IMG/VR virus record: IMGVR_UViG_3300025000_000085
Length of the DNA stretch: 64,000 nucleotides
Direction: 5' to 3' (one strand)
Source of the DNA: an uncultured virus (IMG/VR IMGVR_UViG_3300025000_000085)
Lineage: Duplodnaviria; Heunggongvirae; Uroviricota; Caudoviricetes
The position numbers and the translations under genes are program-made. Below are positions 36,200 through 45,682 of the stretch, in pieces (position 1 is the first letter of the stretch; each line of letters opens with the position of its first letter). The notes under the pieces were generated by a model. The model was not told where the DNA came from and searched no databases. It saw nothing but the letters and a program-made list of their open reading frames with translations.

Positions 36200-36805
36200 C
36201 TACTCCACCTTTGCCTTCTCGCTGTTCAGGCCGGCCAGGCCGTCCGGAGCAGCCTCCATCAGCGCCTTGACCGCTTCGAGGCCGCCGACGCCGTAGGCGT
36301 TGACGCCGGTGAGGTCGGAGGTCAGGGCCACGCCGCCCACTCCGGGAACGACGAGCACCATGGACGCCAACAGGTCCAGGATGCCCTGGAGCAGCTTCTG
36401 GTCGTAGTCGCCCCGGGGAATGGGGTGCGATGCCCCCTTGCCGATGAGGATCTCCGTCTCCCCCTCGAGGATGGCCTTGCCTGCCCCGACCACGAGGTAG
36501 CACTTGCGCGACGGGGCCACCGTGCATGCCACATCGGGATGGGCCGCCCTGGCTTCGGCGGGGAGCCGGTTCGGGCGGGTGGCGATCTTCACCCACTCGA
36601 AGCGGCCGGGCTCCCGGGCCCGCTCCGCCACCTCGACGAAGTCGCCAACCGCCGGCATCTCGAATGCCCCCCCGCTGCCGCCGTGGTCGAGCCAGCCCGG
36701 GTACTCGCCGCCCATGTCGGGCCACACAGCTTTGATCTGGCCGATCTGGTCCGCAGCCGTCCCGACAGCGGTCACCTGCGCCCACCATGCCCGTTCGCCG
36801 GCCAT
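36200..36805 (-). CDS. Baseplate spike (gpV/gp5 OB-like)
   Basis: IGQIKAVWP..W...MPAVGDFVEV; TGATG coupling. Confidence 0.65.
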   Translation of the reverse strand: MAGERAWWAQVTAVGTAADQIGQIKAVWPDMGGEYPGWLDHGGSGGAFEMPAVGDFVEVAERAREPGRFEWVKIATRPNRLPAEARAAHPDVACTVAPSRKCYLVVGAGKAILEGETEILIGKGASHPIPRGDYDQKLLQGILDLLASMVLVVPGVGGVALTSDLTGVNAYGVGGLEAVKALMEAAPDGLAGLNSEKAKVE

Positions 36806-38046
36806 CAGCGCACCGCCTCCGGAGCGTCCTTGGCGTCCGGCACCCTGTTGGCCGTGATGTCCATGGCGAAGGCGAGGTCGCCGCCGCCCCAGACATCCTC
36901 GACCGACGTGATCATGTAGCGGCCGTCGAGGCGGCTGGACATGCCGCGCAGCAGGTGAAGGCCCCACGGCATCAGGGTCTCGACGCCGACCACGGCGGCC
37001 TCCAGGGAGACGAAGGCCAGCTGCTGCTCCCGGAAGAGCGCCAGCCCGTAGGCTGCTGCCTCTTCGCCGTTGCGGAACATCAGGTGCCCGAGGAAGGCGT
37101 CCCGGCCGCCGAAGGCAGTGACCGCAATGGCGGCGCCATCCTTGATCTCCTGCTCGATCTTGGCCTTGCCGGCCTGCCCGACGAACAGCACCGAGGGGGC
37201 GCTGGACTGCTCGGTGAGCTGGATCACGATCTCCCGCTCCTCGCCGGCGGTCAGGTCGGTGTAGCGCAGCACCATCTTGGATGGCATGCCCTTGAGCGAC
37301 GGGGTCGCCTCGAAGCGCCGCAGCGTGGCGTGCCACTCGCCACCGTCGTCGTAGTAGGGGACGAAGTTGAAGATCACCTCCTCCTGCGTCGGGTCCACGG
37401 TGAACGGCTGGAAGTGCAGCACGTCTGCCCCTCGCCCGCCGCGGGCGTTGGGGTCGAAGCGCACCCACCAGCGGTACGCCGCGCCCTCCCGGTTGCGGGC
37501 GGTGCGCGCCAGCTCGTCGAGGAAGGTGAAGTCCGAGGTGCCGGCCACCTTCACCCGGGGCTTGCTGCGCGGCAGCGTGCCCGTGTCGATGTCGGCGTCC
37601 AGCCCGTGCGTGGCCGCCAGGGTGGCAACGATCTCATGGTCCAGCGTCTTGGCGTCGGCTGCGAAGGGGTCCGTGTGCGAGGCCAGCCGGTGGTCGGCGG
37701 TGAGCCCGGTGGCCTCCAGGGTGCGGCCGCCTGCGCCCCCGCGGACGGCAGGCAGCATCAGCTCGAAACGGCCTCGGCAGATCGGCGGGCGGAGCGACCC
37801 GCCGCTGACCCAGTACTCGATCATGTTCCCTTCGGCGAAGGCCTTGCCGTCGATTATCTCGGCCGTCGCCTGGCCATCGACGAGCTCGTCGACGGTGAGC
37901 TGCAGCATGCCCGCCTTGTCGACGTCGAAGCGCACCCGGGGTCCGCCGCGGATGTGCCGCAGGTAGTCGTCCCGCAACCTGGTGCCCTCGACCCGCAGCT
38001 CGTAGTACGGCTCGTGGCCGACGGGGATCTGGGCCAACGTCGCCAT
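36805..38046 (-). CDS. Baseplate hub (P2 gpD / T4 gp27-like)
   Basis: SDFTFLDELAR, LHFQP, LDGRYMITSV. Confidence 0.75.
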   Translation of the reverse strand: MATLAQIPVGHEPYYELRVEGTRLRDDYLRHIRGGPRVRFDVDKAGMLQLTVDELVDGQATAEIIDGKAFAEGNMIEYWVSGGSLRPPICRGRFELMLPAVRGGAGGRTLEATGLTADHRLASHTDPFAADAKTLDHEIVATLAATHGLDADIDTGTLPRSKPRVKVAGTSDFTFLDELARTARNREGAAYRWWVRFDPNARGGRGADVLHFQPFTVDPTQEEVIFNFVPYYDDGGEWHATLRRFEATPSLKGMPSKMVLRYTDLTAGEEREIVIQLTEQSSAPSVLFVGQAGKAKIEQEIKDGAAIAVTAFGGRDAFLGHLMFRNGEEAAAYGLALFREQQLAFVSLEAAVVGVETLMPWGLHLLRGMSSRLDGRYMITSVEDVWGGGDLAFAMDITANRVPDAKDAPEAVR

Positions 38047-38930
38047 CAGAGCGGCACCTTGCGGCCGGCGGCCCTGGAGGCCAGGTGGGCCCGGTACGCT
38101 GCAGCGAAGGCACCCTTCCCGTCATCGGTGAAGGCCGCAGAGGAAAATCCGGGCCCCCGCATGCTGGGGTGGTCCCGGTCCACCACCAGCACGCGGGCGC
38201 CGGAACTGAGAATGCCGCCGAAGTGCTCGACGTCCCGCTGCCGCAGGTAGACGCCGAGGTAGGGGTCGCCGAGCTCGTGCGCAGCGATCAGCTCGTGCGT
38301 GTCGCCCGGGCCGGCTGCCACCTCCACGCTCTCAGGGAGCGGGGCCCCGGGGTCGGTGACCTGCAGGTACTGGTCGACCACCTGCACCATGGACAGGCGA
38401 ACGTAGACCTCGGCCAGCCGGCCGGTGATGCTGTTGACCCGCTTGATCGTGTAGGGCGCGCCGAGCACGAAGACGTCTCGGCTCCACTCGGACCCGAAGG
38501 AGAAGCGGCAGCGGGGCGGGCGACGCAGCTTCGGGTTGCGCTTTGCGAGGGCCTCGAGCTGCTGCAGCTCGGCGCGCACGTCGTCCTTCTGGATGAAGCT
38601 GCCACCGGTCAGCAGGGCCCCCAGGTTGAGGTCAGGGATGAAGGGCGTGGTGTCGTGCAGCTCGATGCCGACGGTCACCCGGTCGCTCTTGCCGCCGAGG
38701 AACTGCACCAGCTCGCCCTGGTCGCCGAGCCCCTGGCCGATGGCGTAGCTCGCCGAGACGTCGACATCGACGCCATCCCGGGGGGGGAAGCGCCCAGCAA
38801 TCTCGAAAGGCACCTGGGGATCCAGGCTGCGCAGCGTCCACTGCCCGCCGCCCTCGAGCAGCCGGAGCAACGATCCAGCGGCTGCGCCGCCAAGGGCATA
38901 GAGATCCGAAGCCGGGCTGACCGGCCTCAC
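38046..38930 (-). CDS. Tail tube initiator with LysM/gpX-like domain
   Basis: RPPRCRFSFG; GDTHELIAAHELGD. Confidence 0.65.
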   Translation of the reverse strand: MRPVSPASDLYALGGAAAGSLLRLLEGGGQWTLRSLDPQVPFEIAGRFPPRDGVDVDVSASYAIGQGLGDQGELVQFLGGKSDRVTVGIELHDTTPFIPDLNLGALLTGGSFIQKDDVRAELQQLEALAKRNPKLRRPPRCRFSFGSEWSRDVFVLGAPYTIKRVNSITGRLAEVYVRLSMVQVVDQYLQVTDPGAPLPESVEVAAGPGDTHELIAAHELGDPYLGVYLRQRDVEHFGGILSSGARVLVVDRDHPSMRGPGFSSAAFTDDGKGAFAAAYRAHLASRAAGRKVPL

Positions 38931-41341
38931 GACTTCGCTCCGTAGGCCACGAGCACGTTGCCGCGTAGGTAGTAGGCCCGCTCCGACGGCGAGGTCGGCG
39001 TGCCCGTGCGGTCGCGCTCAGCGGCAGCCCGGCGCCCGGCGGCCTTGTCCATGGCCCTGCCGTCGAGATTGACGTTCACATTGTGCGGTGCGGACGATGC
39101 GCCTGCGGCGGTGCCTTTGGCTGATCCCTTTTCGATGGCGTTCATTAGATTATCCATGAAACCACCAGACTCGCCGGCCTTGTCAGGCCGAAAGAATCTC
39201 CCGCTTTCGCTGGCTTCTTTTGCTCCTGGCACGGCGTAGGAGCCATACGACATTGGCAGCGTCCCGCCATATACGTCGTTGAACTGCTTTGCGAACTCAG
39301 GGATATTTCCCCAGATAGGCAGCTGTTCGGGATGCCATCCTTTAGGCCCTCCGAATTTTGATTTACCTATCCAACCATTGATCGTATTGATCGCAGAAGC
39401 AATAATATTAAGCATCCTTCGCACGATACCCTGAAATGGTAAGAGGATGAGCCCCATGGCACCCTTAGCGAAGCGCCCAATTCCACCAAGCACGTCCTTT
39501 CCAGTCAAGATGTCCACAACTCCAGACCATTGCAACTTCAAAACATTAATGAACGGCTTGATGATTTCTCCAGCAATAAGATTAAATGCGAATCCAAACA
39601 CATTAATTAACACCTCTGCGACAGCACCGATGGCAGCAACAAGGGCCCCGGCAGCAACACCAATCTCTCCCCATGTGCTCTTCGCCTGAGCCCCATCGCC
39701 AATGATCAAGGCAAAAATCCCAGATAGCGTGCTCTTCACGCTCCGCAGAGCGGGAAGCAAGTTCGTTTTGGTGTCTTCGGCTACTCCACCCATAGTAGAC
39801 AGAAAGCCTGCGGCAAATTTGCCCGCAGAATCCCGGACGTAATCCCAGTTGTCTGCAACGGCCATCCCGGCGCCGGCAACGGCCAGCACAGCGGCGAGGA
39901 TCGGCGGCGAGGCCATAGCTGCCAAGGCTCCCCCCGCCCCCTGGGCAGCGCTGGCAATTCCGCCCAGCCCAAAGACGACCGGTCCGAGCACCGCGGCCAC
40001 GGTGCCAATGGCCACACCAAGCGCGCCGACGGCCAGCACGCCTTGCAGCAGCCGCTTCTTCGTCTCTGGGCCAAGGTCGGCCAGCCACCCGGCGAAGCGA
40101 TGGAAGGCGGGCTCGATGTACTCGACGATGAAGCCGCGCACGTCGGCCACGGTGGACTTGAGCGCGCCGCCGAGTCCGTCGGGGTCGATGAGGCTCTGGG
40201 TCAGTGAGTCCAGCGCCCTGCTCACCGGGTCCAGCATCTGCGAGATGACCGGCAGAATCGCCGCACCCACGGCCCGCAGGGCAGACAGGCCGATCTGCTG
40301 CATCCGCTTCATCTGGAAGCTGGAAGTCTTTTCGACCAGGCGGAATGCGCTCTCCGTCTGCCCCCCCGTCGCCATCTCCTGCAGGCCGGCGGCGAAGTCG
40401 GTCAGTCCTTGATCGCTCGTCAGCTTCAGCATCATATTGAGTGCTTCGGACGAACCGAACAGGTTGTTCAGGCTATTGCTGGTGAACTTCTCACTTTTTA
40501 CGATGCTTTGCAGATAAGGAAGCAGGCCGCCGGCCCTTGCGATCCCTTCTGGGCCCAGCTGCAGACCGAGCCGCTTCGCCTCGTCCTTCGCGTCCTGCGT
40601 CGGCTTGAGGATGTTGGTCAGGGCCGCCTTCAGGCCTGTAACCGTCTGGCTGGTTGTGATTCCGTTCTTCGTCACGGTCGCCACGACCCCGGCCAGCTCC
40701 TGCATGTGGACGCCCATGGACTTCGCCATCGGTGCCACGCCGCCCAGTGTTCCTGCCAGTTCTGCGAAGGTCGTTTTGCCTCGGCGGTTGGCCACGAAGA
40801 AGGCGTCGGAGACCTCGATCGCCCTGTCCATGTCCATTTCGTACGCGTTCAGGACGTTGGTCAAGCCATCGACAGCGACGTCGATCTGCGTGTAGCCGCC
40901 CACCGCGGCTCGGGCGGCGACGTCGAGGAAGCGCCCCAGATCTTGCACGGGCACGGAGGCGGAGAGGGCCTGGAACCCGGCGTTCTGCATGACGTCGGCG
41001 GCCATGCCGAATCTGCGAGTCATGGCGTCAAGGTCGGAGCCGATGCGAGGCAGCTGCCCCATGTCCGACCCGGTCAACAGGGTGCCGATGCGGGCCATGC
41101 CATCTTCGAAGTCGACAGCTCGCTTGATCCCCATGCCCAGAACGGCCGTAACGGGAGCAGCTGCGATGCCCATCTGGGCGAGCCCGCCCGCTCCCTTGCG
41201 GGCCCCAACCCCGATGTCGAGCATGCCCTTGCGCAGATGCCCCGCTGCGCGCTCCGCAGTGCCCATGCGAGCGACAGCATCCCGGCTGTTGAAGTCCAGC
41301 ACGGCGCCGAGCCCAAAGAGCTTCTGCATCAGGGTCGACAC
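38927..41341 (-). CDS. Tail tape measure protein (TP901 family core)
   Basis: AVDFEDGMARIGT, SDAFFVANRRGKTTFAELA, TGLKAALTNILKPT, LFGSSEA. Confidence 0.92.
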   Translation of the reverse strand: MSTLMQKLFGLGAVLDFNSRDAVARMGTAERAAGHLRKGMLDIGVGARKGAGGLAQMGIAAAPVTAVLGMGIKRAVDFEDGMARIGTLLTGSDMGQLPRIGSDLDAMTRRFGMAADVMQNAGFQALSASVPVQDLGRFLDVAARAAVGGYTQIDVAVDGLTNVLNAYEMDMDRAIEVSDAFFVANRRGKTTFAELAGTLGGVAPMAKSMGVHMQELAGVVATVTKNGITTSQTVTGLKAALTNILKPTQDAKDEAKRLGLQLGPEGIARAGGLLPYLQSIVKSEKFTSNSLNNLFGSSEALNMMLKLTSDQGLTDFAAGLQEMATGGQTESAFRLVEKTSSFQMKRMQQIGLSALRAVGAAILPVISQMLDPVSRALDSLTQSLIDPDGLGGALKSTVADVRGFIVEYIEPAFHRFAGWLADLGPETKKRLLQGVLAVGALGVAIGTVAAVLGPVVFGLGGIASAAQGAGGALAAMASPPILAAVLAVAGAGMAVADNWDYVRDSAGKFAAGFLSTMGGVAEDTKTNLLPALRSVKSTLSGIFALIIGDGAQAKSTWGEIGVAAGALVAAIGAVAEVLINVFGFAFNLIAGEIIKPFINVLKLQWSGVVDILTGKDVLGGIGRFAKGAMGLILLPFQGIVRRMLNIIASAINTINGWIGKSKFGGPKGWHPEQLPIWGNIPEFAKQFNDVYGGTLPMSYGSYAVPGAKEASESGRFFRPDKAGESGGFMDNLMNAIEKGSAKGTAAGASSAPHNVNVNLDGRAMDKAAGRRAAAERDRTGTPTSPSERAYYLRGNVLVAYGAKS

Positions 41342-41356
41342 GGGGCCTTGCTCCTC

Positions 41357-41590
41357 CTACCTGCCGAGCAGCATCAGGGCCGCCAGGGGGTTGGTCCTGG
41401 ACAGCTCCTGCGCCTGCTTCTCCCGCTGCACTGCCCGGACCACGAGGTCTCTGCGCAGCCAGTCGGGCATCGACATCACCGCCTCCCAGGACTGCCCGGC
41501 ATGCCGGCCGAGCAGCTCTACCTGGGCGACGATGTCTTCCCGCGTCCGCTCATCCTGCGAGACCTGCGGTCCCGCGACCCCCCGAAAAAA
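41357..41590 (-). CDS. Tail assembly chaperone -1 frameshift extension
   Basis: Slippery T TTT TTC at 41584-41590 leads into FFRGVAG...WEAVMSMPDWLRR; no own start codon. Confidence 0.7.
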   Translation of the reverse strand, partial: FFRGVAGPQVSQDERTREDIVAQVELLGRHAGQSWEAVMSMPDWLRRDLVVRAVQREKQAQELSRTNPLAALMLLGR

Positions 41591-42477
41591 GCGGCAGACT
41601 GCCACGGGTACAGCACGGGCCATGTATGACCCTGGCACTGCGCCTCCACGACCGACAGCGGGCCGCCCGACAGCAGCGTGTGCTCCCTGTCCAGCAGGTC
41701 GATGTCTCGCTCGCTGAGGCCGCCAAGCGCCGCCTCGTCGGGGGTCACGATGCCCTCGTGGCTGTCCAGCCGGCAAATCGCCGATCGAAGGGCCGACCGG
41801 AGCACCACCGGCGCCTTCTCCAGGTTCCCGTCGGCCAACCGGGCCATGAAGTCCCAGCGGGCCGGGCGGATCGTGACCTGCGAAGCCACCTTGCCGCCGA
41901 AACGCAGCCCGTCGTACAGCTCCAGCGTCTCCTCGGGGAGCTGTTCCAGCTGGCCGTAGGCGCGCACCCGCATGCTCCTCAGGGACGCCACGGCGTTGCG
42001 GTGCGGCCGGCCGCAAAGCGTGCACTTGCGCTGGCCCAGCTGCATCGTGTCCTCGCCGGCCATCTTGGCCAGCTGCAGCTGGTAGGTCACGAACGTGACG
42101 GAGGTCCAAGGCAGCTGCCGCAGCAGCGCCACGATCTCCTCCAGCTTGGCGCCGGCGACGTCCTGTCCCTGCATGCTCTCCAGCGACGCGGCGATGGCAA
42201 AGGTGGCCAGCCCCGTCGCGGTCTCCCGCTGGCGATGTTTGTCCAGCACTTCACTGACCTTGGCTCGCAGATCCAGGTTCATCGTCTTGAAGCTGAAGCT
42301 GCGGTCCGGACCCACGGCGAGCGGGAGGGTGTTGCCCAGCTCGCCCAGGGTGGTCCAGCGCTGGCCGAGGTCTTCGAGGACCTCCTCACCGTCGTCGATG
42401 ACCTCTTCGTCCGGCTCCGAGCCTTCGAAGCCCTGGGGGGGGGATGGTGTGGTGTCTCTCTGCAGCGCGTCGCTCAT
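41518..42477 (-). CDS. Tail/baseplate assembly chaperone
   Basis: Between tube and tape measure; CTLCG motif; RBS GGAGG. Confidence 0.75.
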   Translation of the reverse strand: MSDALQRDTTPSPPQGFEGSEPDEEVIDDGEEVLEDLGQRWTTLGELGNTLPLAVGPDRSFSFKTMNLDLRAKVSEVLDKHRQRETATGLATFAIAASLESMQGQDVAGAKLEEIVALLRQLPWTSVTFVTYQLQLAKMAGEDTMQLGQRKCTLCGRPHRNAVASLRSMRVRAYGQLEQLPEETLELYDGLRFGGKVASQVTIRPARWDFMARLADGNLEKAPVVLRSALRSAICRLDSHEGIVTPDEAALGGLSERDIDLLDREHTLLSGGPLSVVEAQCQGHTWPVLYPWQSAAFFGGSRDRRSRRMSGRGKTSSPR

Positions 42478-42523
42478 GTTGCCTCCGGGATAGGCTTCAT
42501 GGGTTGCGCCCGCCGGCTGCTCG

Positions 42524-42943
42524 TCAGCTGGGCAGGCTGGTGACCTTTGCATGGCAGGAGAACTCGACGTTCACGGGGTCGCCTGCCCCTTTGGTGTCGA
42601 GGTCCTGCGTGGGCTTCTCGTCGCTGACGCAGAAGTTGGACAGCTGGTAGACCAGCACGGGCTTGGTGCCCGAGTTGTCCAACACCTGGAGCGTGCCGTC
42701 GACCCGCTTCTGCGTGGCCTTCAGGGCCCGCATGATCGCCAGGTCGACCACGTTGTCCGAATCGAAGGTGACGGGGAACTCCGCCGACTCCTTGCGGTCG
42801 GTGGGCAGCTTGCTCAGGTCCGACAGCTCGACGACCTTCTGCGCCTGGGTCAGGCTGGTGATCCCGGCCTTGATGAGATCCAGGTCGACGCCGTCCAGCG
42901 TCAACTTGTACTTGTGCGCCTGGGCGGGATTGGTACCGGGCAT
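42524..42943 (-). CDS. Tail tube protein
   Basis: 139 aa, directly after the sheath; gp19-like pattern. Confidence 0.75.
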   Translation of the reverse strand: MPGTNPAQAHKYKLTLDGVDLDLIKAGITSLTQAQKVVELSDLSKLPTDRKESAEFPVTFDSDNVVDLAIMRALKATQKRVDGTLQVLDNSGTKPVLVYQLSNFCVSDEKPTQDLDTKGAGDPVNVEFSCHAKVTSLPS

Positions 42944-42979
42944 GCGATCCTCCTGCTACTGGGGCAGCAGCCCCACTCC

Positions 42980-45649
42980 TCAGCCGACCAGGCCCTGCTC
43001 GCCGAGCTTGATGTAGACCTGCTCGATGGTGTCGGGCGCCACGTAGCCGATGACCAGCACGGCCCTCCCCTGGGAGGTCTCCGCCTCCGGCGTCGTCTCG
43101 CTGTCGATGCGCACGGACACCGCGTCCTCGAAGCCCCGGGGCAGATCCCGGCGAAACCACCCGGCTCGGTAGTGCTGCTCGAGCAGTCCCCGCACGGCCA
43201 CCTTGAGGGGGGCCCAGGTCAGGGCGTCGTTGATCCGGAAGATGTAGCCCTTGATCGGACTCCCCTTCCAGAGCAGCTCCCGGGCCAGCTGGTAGGCCAG
43301 GCAGGCCTTGTGCAGCCAGGTGCGCGTGCGGCCGGGCATCCGATCGCCCCAGACGAGCGGCTTGGCCGTCCCATAGGGGGTCAGGGCGACGATCCCTGCC
43401 CGGTTGATCTGCTCGGCGTCGGCCGGCACCTCGTAGTCGGCCTTCAGCCAGCGATTGATCCCGGCGATCTGCAGCTCGTCGCCGGCCGGGGCCTTGCCCA
43501 TGCCGTACTTGGCCCAGCTGTAGGCCCGCAGGCCGAGCACCTTGCCAGTCACCGGCAGCAGCAGGTCGCGCTCACCGGTCTCGGGCCGGTCCATGTAGGC
43601 CCAGGACGGCCAGTGCGGCTGGTAGAAATCGCTCTCACCCCAGACGCCGGCCACCTGCGCCACCGCGGCCTCTTCGGTCAGAATGGCCTGGCCGAAGTCG
43701 GGGACGTAGATGCCGAGATCTGCCTCGGCGAGCGACTGGCCGGCGGCGATCACGGCGTCGTCGGTCCAGCCCGGGGCGGCGATCTGCGGCATGCCCACGT
43801 TGGCATCGAACAGCTGGGCGATCGAACCACTGGGGTCCATGGCCGAGACCATGTGCGAGTTGGCGAGGTTGGCCAGGCCGGCGTAGCCGCCGCCGAGCTC
43901 CTGGGTGTGCTCGACGAGGATCAGGCTGCCGTCGGTGCCCGTCACAGCCTGGGGCGCAGCGGGGACGATCACGCCGCACATCGTGCCGCCGGTGTAGCCG
44001 AAGGAGGCGCCGGCCCCCGTGGAGCGGCCGCCGAGGAGCACGGTGCCGTCGGCCTGGATGGTGGCCAGCAGCCGGGCGTCGTGGGCCTCCCAGTCGATCT
44101 TGAGTAGCGCGGCAGTCTGGGCCGCTTCGATGCTCGTGGTGAAGTCGGCCACGGCGACGCCGTCGACGGTGATCCCGGTCAGGGTCAGGGCCGGATCGCA
44201 GTCCCAGGGGCCGGCGTCCAGCGACTCCACGGCGGCCTCGATGGGCTCGCTGGCGTAGCTGGTCAGGTCGTAGGAGCTGGGCACGGTGATGGTGTTCGCC
44301 GTGTTGCTCAGGATCGGGATGGCCTTGGCGGCGTTGGTCCCGGCCCCGTCGGGGTAGAGCAACGCCCCCTTCATGCTGCCGTCGGTCGGCAGCGGCTTGA
44401 TCCGGATCTTGACCTGGTCGCCCGCCTGGAACGGCGTGCTGCCCGCAGCGATCGTGAAGCCCGCCAGGAACGGGTGCAGCTGGTGGTAGGTCTTGGCGCC
44501 CAGGGCGACCTCGGCGGGGATGTCGTCCACCAGCGTCGAGCGGACGGTGAACGCCGTGGCCCCCGTGAAGTCCAGGGTCAGCTCATCCTCACGGACGTCG
44601 GAGCCGAAGAGGAAGGCGGTCAGGTAGCCGTCGGCGTCACCGGTGGTGATCCGCCACTCGACGATGTGGACGGTGATCGTGTTGGAGCCCAACCCGCCAG
44701 CGGCGAGGATGCCGGCCCAGTTTGCCGGCCGGGCGAGCGGATCGTCGGAGCCCGACCACTCGTTGGCGATGTCGACCTCGTAGTTGTCGGACCGCTTGTC
44801 CGTGGTCGCAGCGACCTCCTTGCGTCCCGTGGCGGACACCATGGCCAGGTCGGCCTCGTCCCAGACCTTGCTGCGATCCAGGTAGATCAGCGCGCCGAAG
44901 TCGGCCGTGGGCCGCCGCTGCCCCCGGGGGACCACCCGCACGCCGATCGCCTTACGGTTTCCGTCGGCCTCGAGGTTTTCGAGCTCGACGTTCCAGCGGA
45001 GGTTGGTCGGATCGTCCGCCGTGAGGTCGGCGGAGAGGTTCAGGTCGGAGGCGAAGGTGAAGACGCCGGCGGCCGTGTTGCTCACCACAGTGTAGCTCTT
45101 GGACGAGACGCCCATCAGGCGGAAGGTGCCGCCCTTGTACTCGTCCTTGAGCATGGTCTTGCCGGTGGCGACCGTGTTGGTCACCACCTGGCCCGCCCCG
45201 GAGAGCAGGCCGCCGTAGACCTTGCGCTTGCCGTCCGCCGAGCCGCCGTTCTTCGCCGTGATGGTCAGGGCGTCGATGTTGAAGGCGGCGTCGGGCTGGT
45301 GGAACAACGTGCCCCGGGGCGGCTTGCGCCCACGCAGGACGATGCTCGCCTTGCGCTCGGTGCCGTCGGTCACGCGGATGGTGTGAAGCGAGCCGGCGCC
45401 GCCGGCGGCCTCCAAGAAGTCGCGGGCAGCGTCCCGGCCGAAGTAGTCGGCCATGAAGCCGCCGCGCCGCCGCTGCAGCGCTCCTTTGGTGCTCGTCCGG
45501 ACCGGGGGCACGCGGGGGGCGCCCACGGGGCCGCGTTCAAAGGCACCGTACAGCACCGTGGTGCCCAGGGCCGCCGCCGGAATGCCCTTGTCCGGGGTCT
45601 GCAGCTCGAGGGCGGTGCCGGGCGCGTTCTTCGCTCCGTAGACGGTCAT
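42980..45649 (-). CDS. Tail sheath protein (large, with extra beta domains)
   Basis: GAFERGPVG, IRVTDG, WPSW..D, PVTG..LG, KAPAG, VWGDR, IFRIND. Confidence 0.9.
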   Translation of the reverse strand: MTVYGAKNAPGTALELQTPDKGIPAAALGTTVLYGAFERGPVGAPRVPPVRTSTKGALQRRRGGFMADYFGRDAARDFLEAAGGAGSLHTIRVTDGTERKASIVLRGRKPPRGTLFHQPDAAFNIDALTITAKNGGSADGKRKVYGGLLSGAGQVVTNTVATGKTMLKDEYKGGTFRLMGVSSKSYTVVSNTAAGVFTFASDLNLSADLTADDPTNLRWNVELENLEADGNRKAIGVRVVPRGQRRPTADFGALIYLDRSKVWDEADLAMVSATGRKEVAATTDKRSDNYEVDIANEWSGSDDPLARPANWAGILAAGGLGSNTITVHIVEWRITTGDADGYLTAFLFGSDVREDELTLDFTGATAFTVRSTLVDDIPAEVALGAKTYHQLHPFLAGFTIAAGSTPFQAGDQVKIRIKPLPTDGSMKGALLYPDGAGTNAAKAIPILSNTANTITVPSSYDLTSYASEPIEAAVESLDAGPWDCDPALTLTGITVDGVAVADFTTSIEAAQTAALLKIDWEAHDARLLATIQADGTVLLGGRSTGAGASFGYTGGTMCGVIVPAAPQAVTGTDGSLILVEHTQELGGGYAGLANLANSHMVSAMDPSGSIAQLFDANVGMPQIAAPGWTDDAVIAAGQSLAEADLGIYVPDFGQAILTEEAAVAQVAGVWGESDFYQPHWPSWAYMDRPETGERDLLLPVTGKVLGLRAYSWAKYGMGKAPAGDELQIAGINRWLKADYEVPADAEQINRAGIVALTPYGTAKPLVWGDRMPGRTRTWLHKACLAYQLARELLWKGSPIKGYIFRINDALTWAPLKVAVRGLLEQHYRAGWFRRDLPRGFEDAVSVRIDSETTPEAETSQGRAVLVIGYVAPDTIEQVYIKLGEQGLVG

Positions 45650-45682
45650 GCTGCCTCCGGGCCGGGGAGGCGGCGACAGCCA

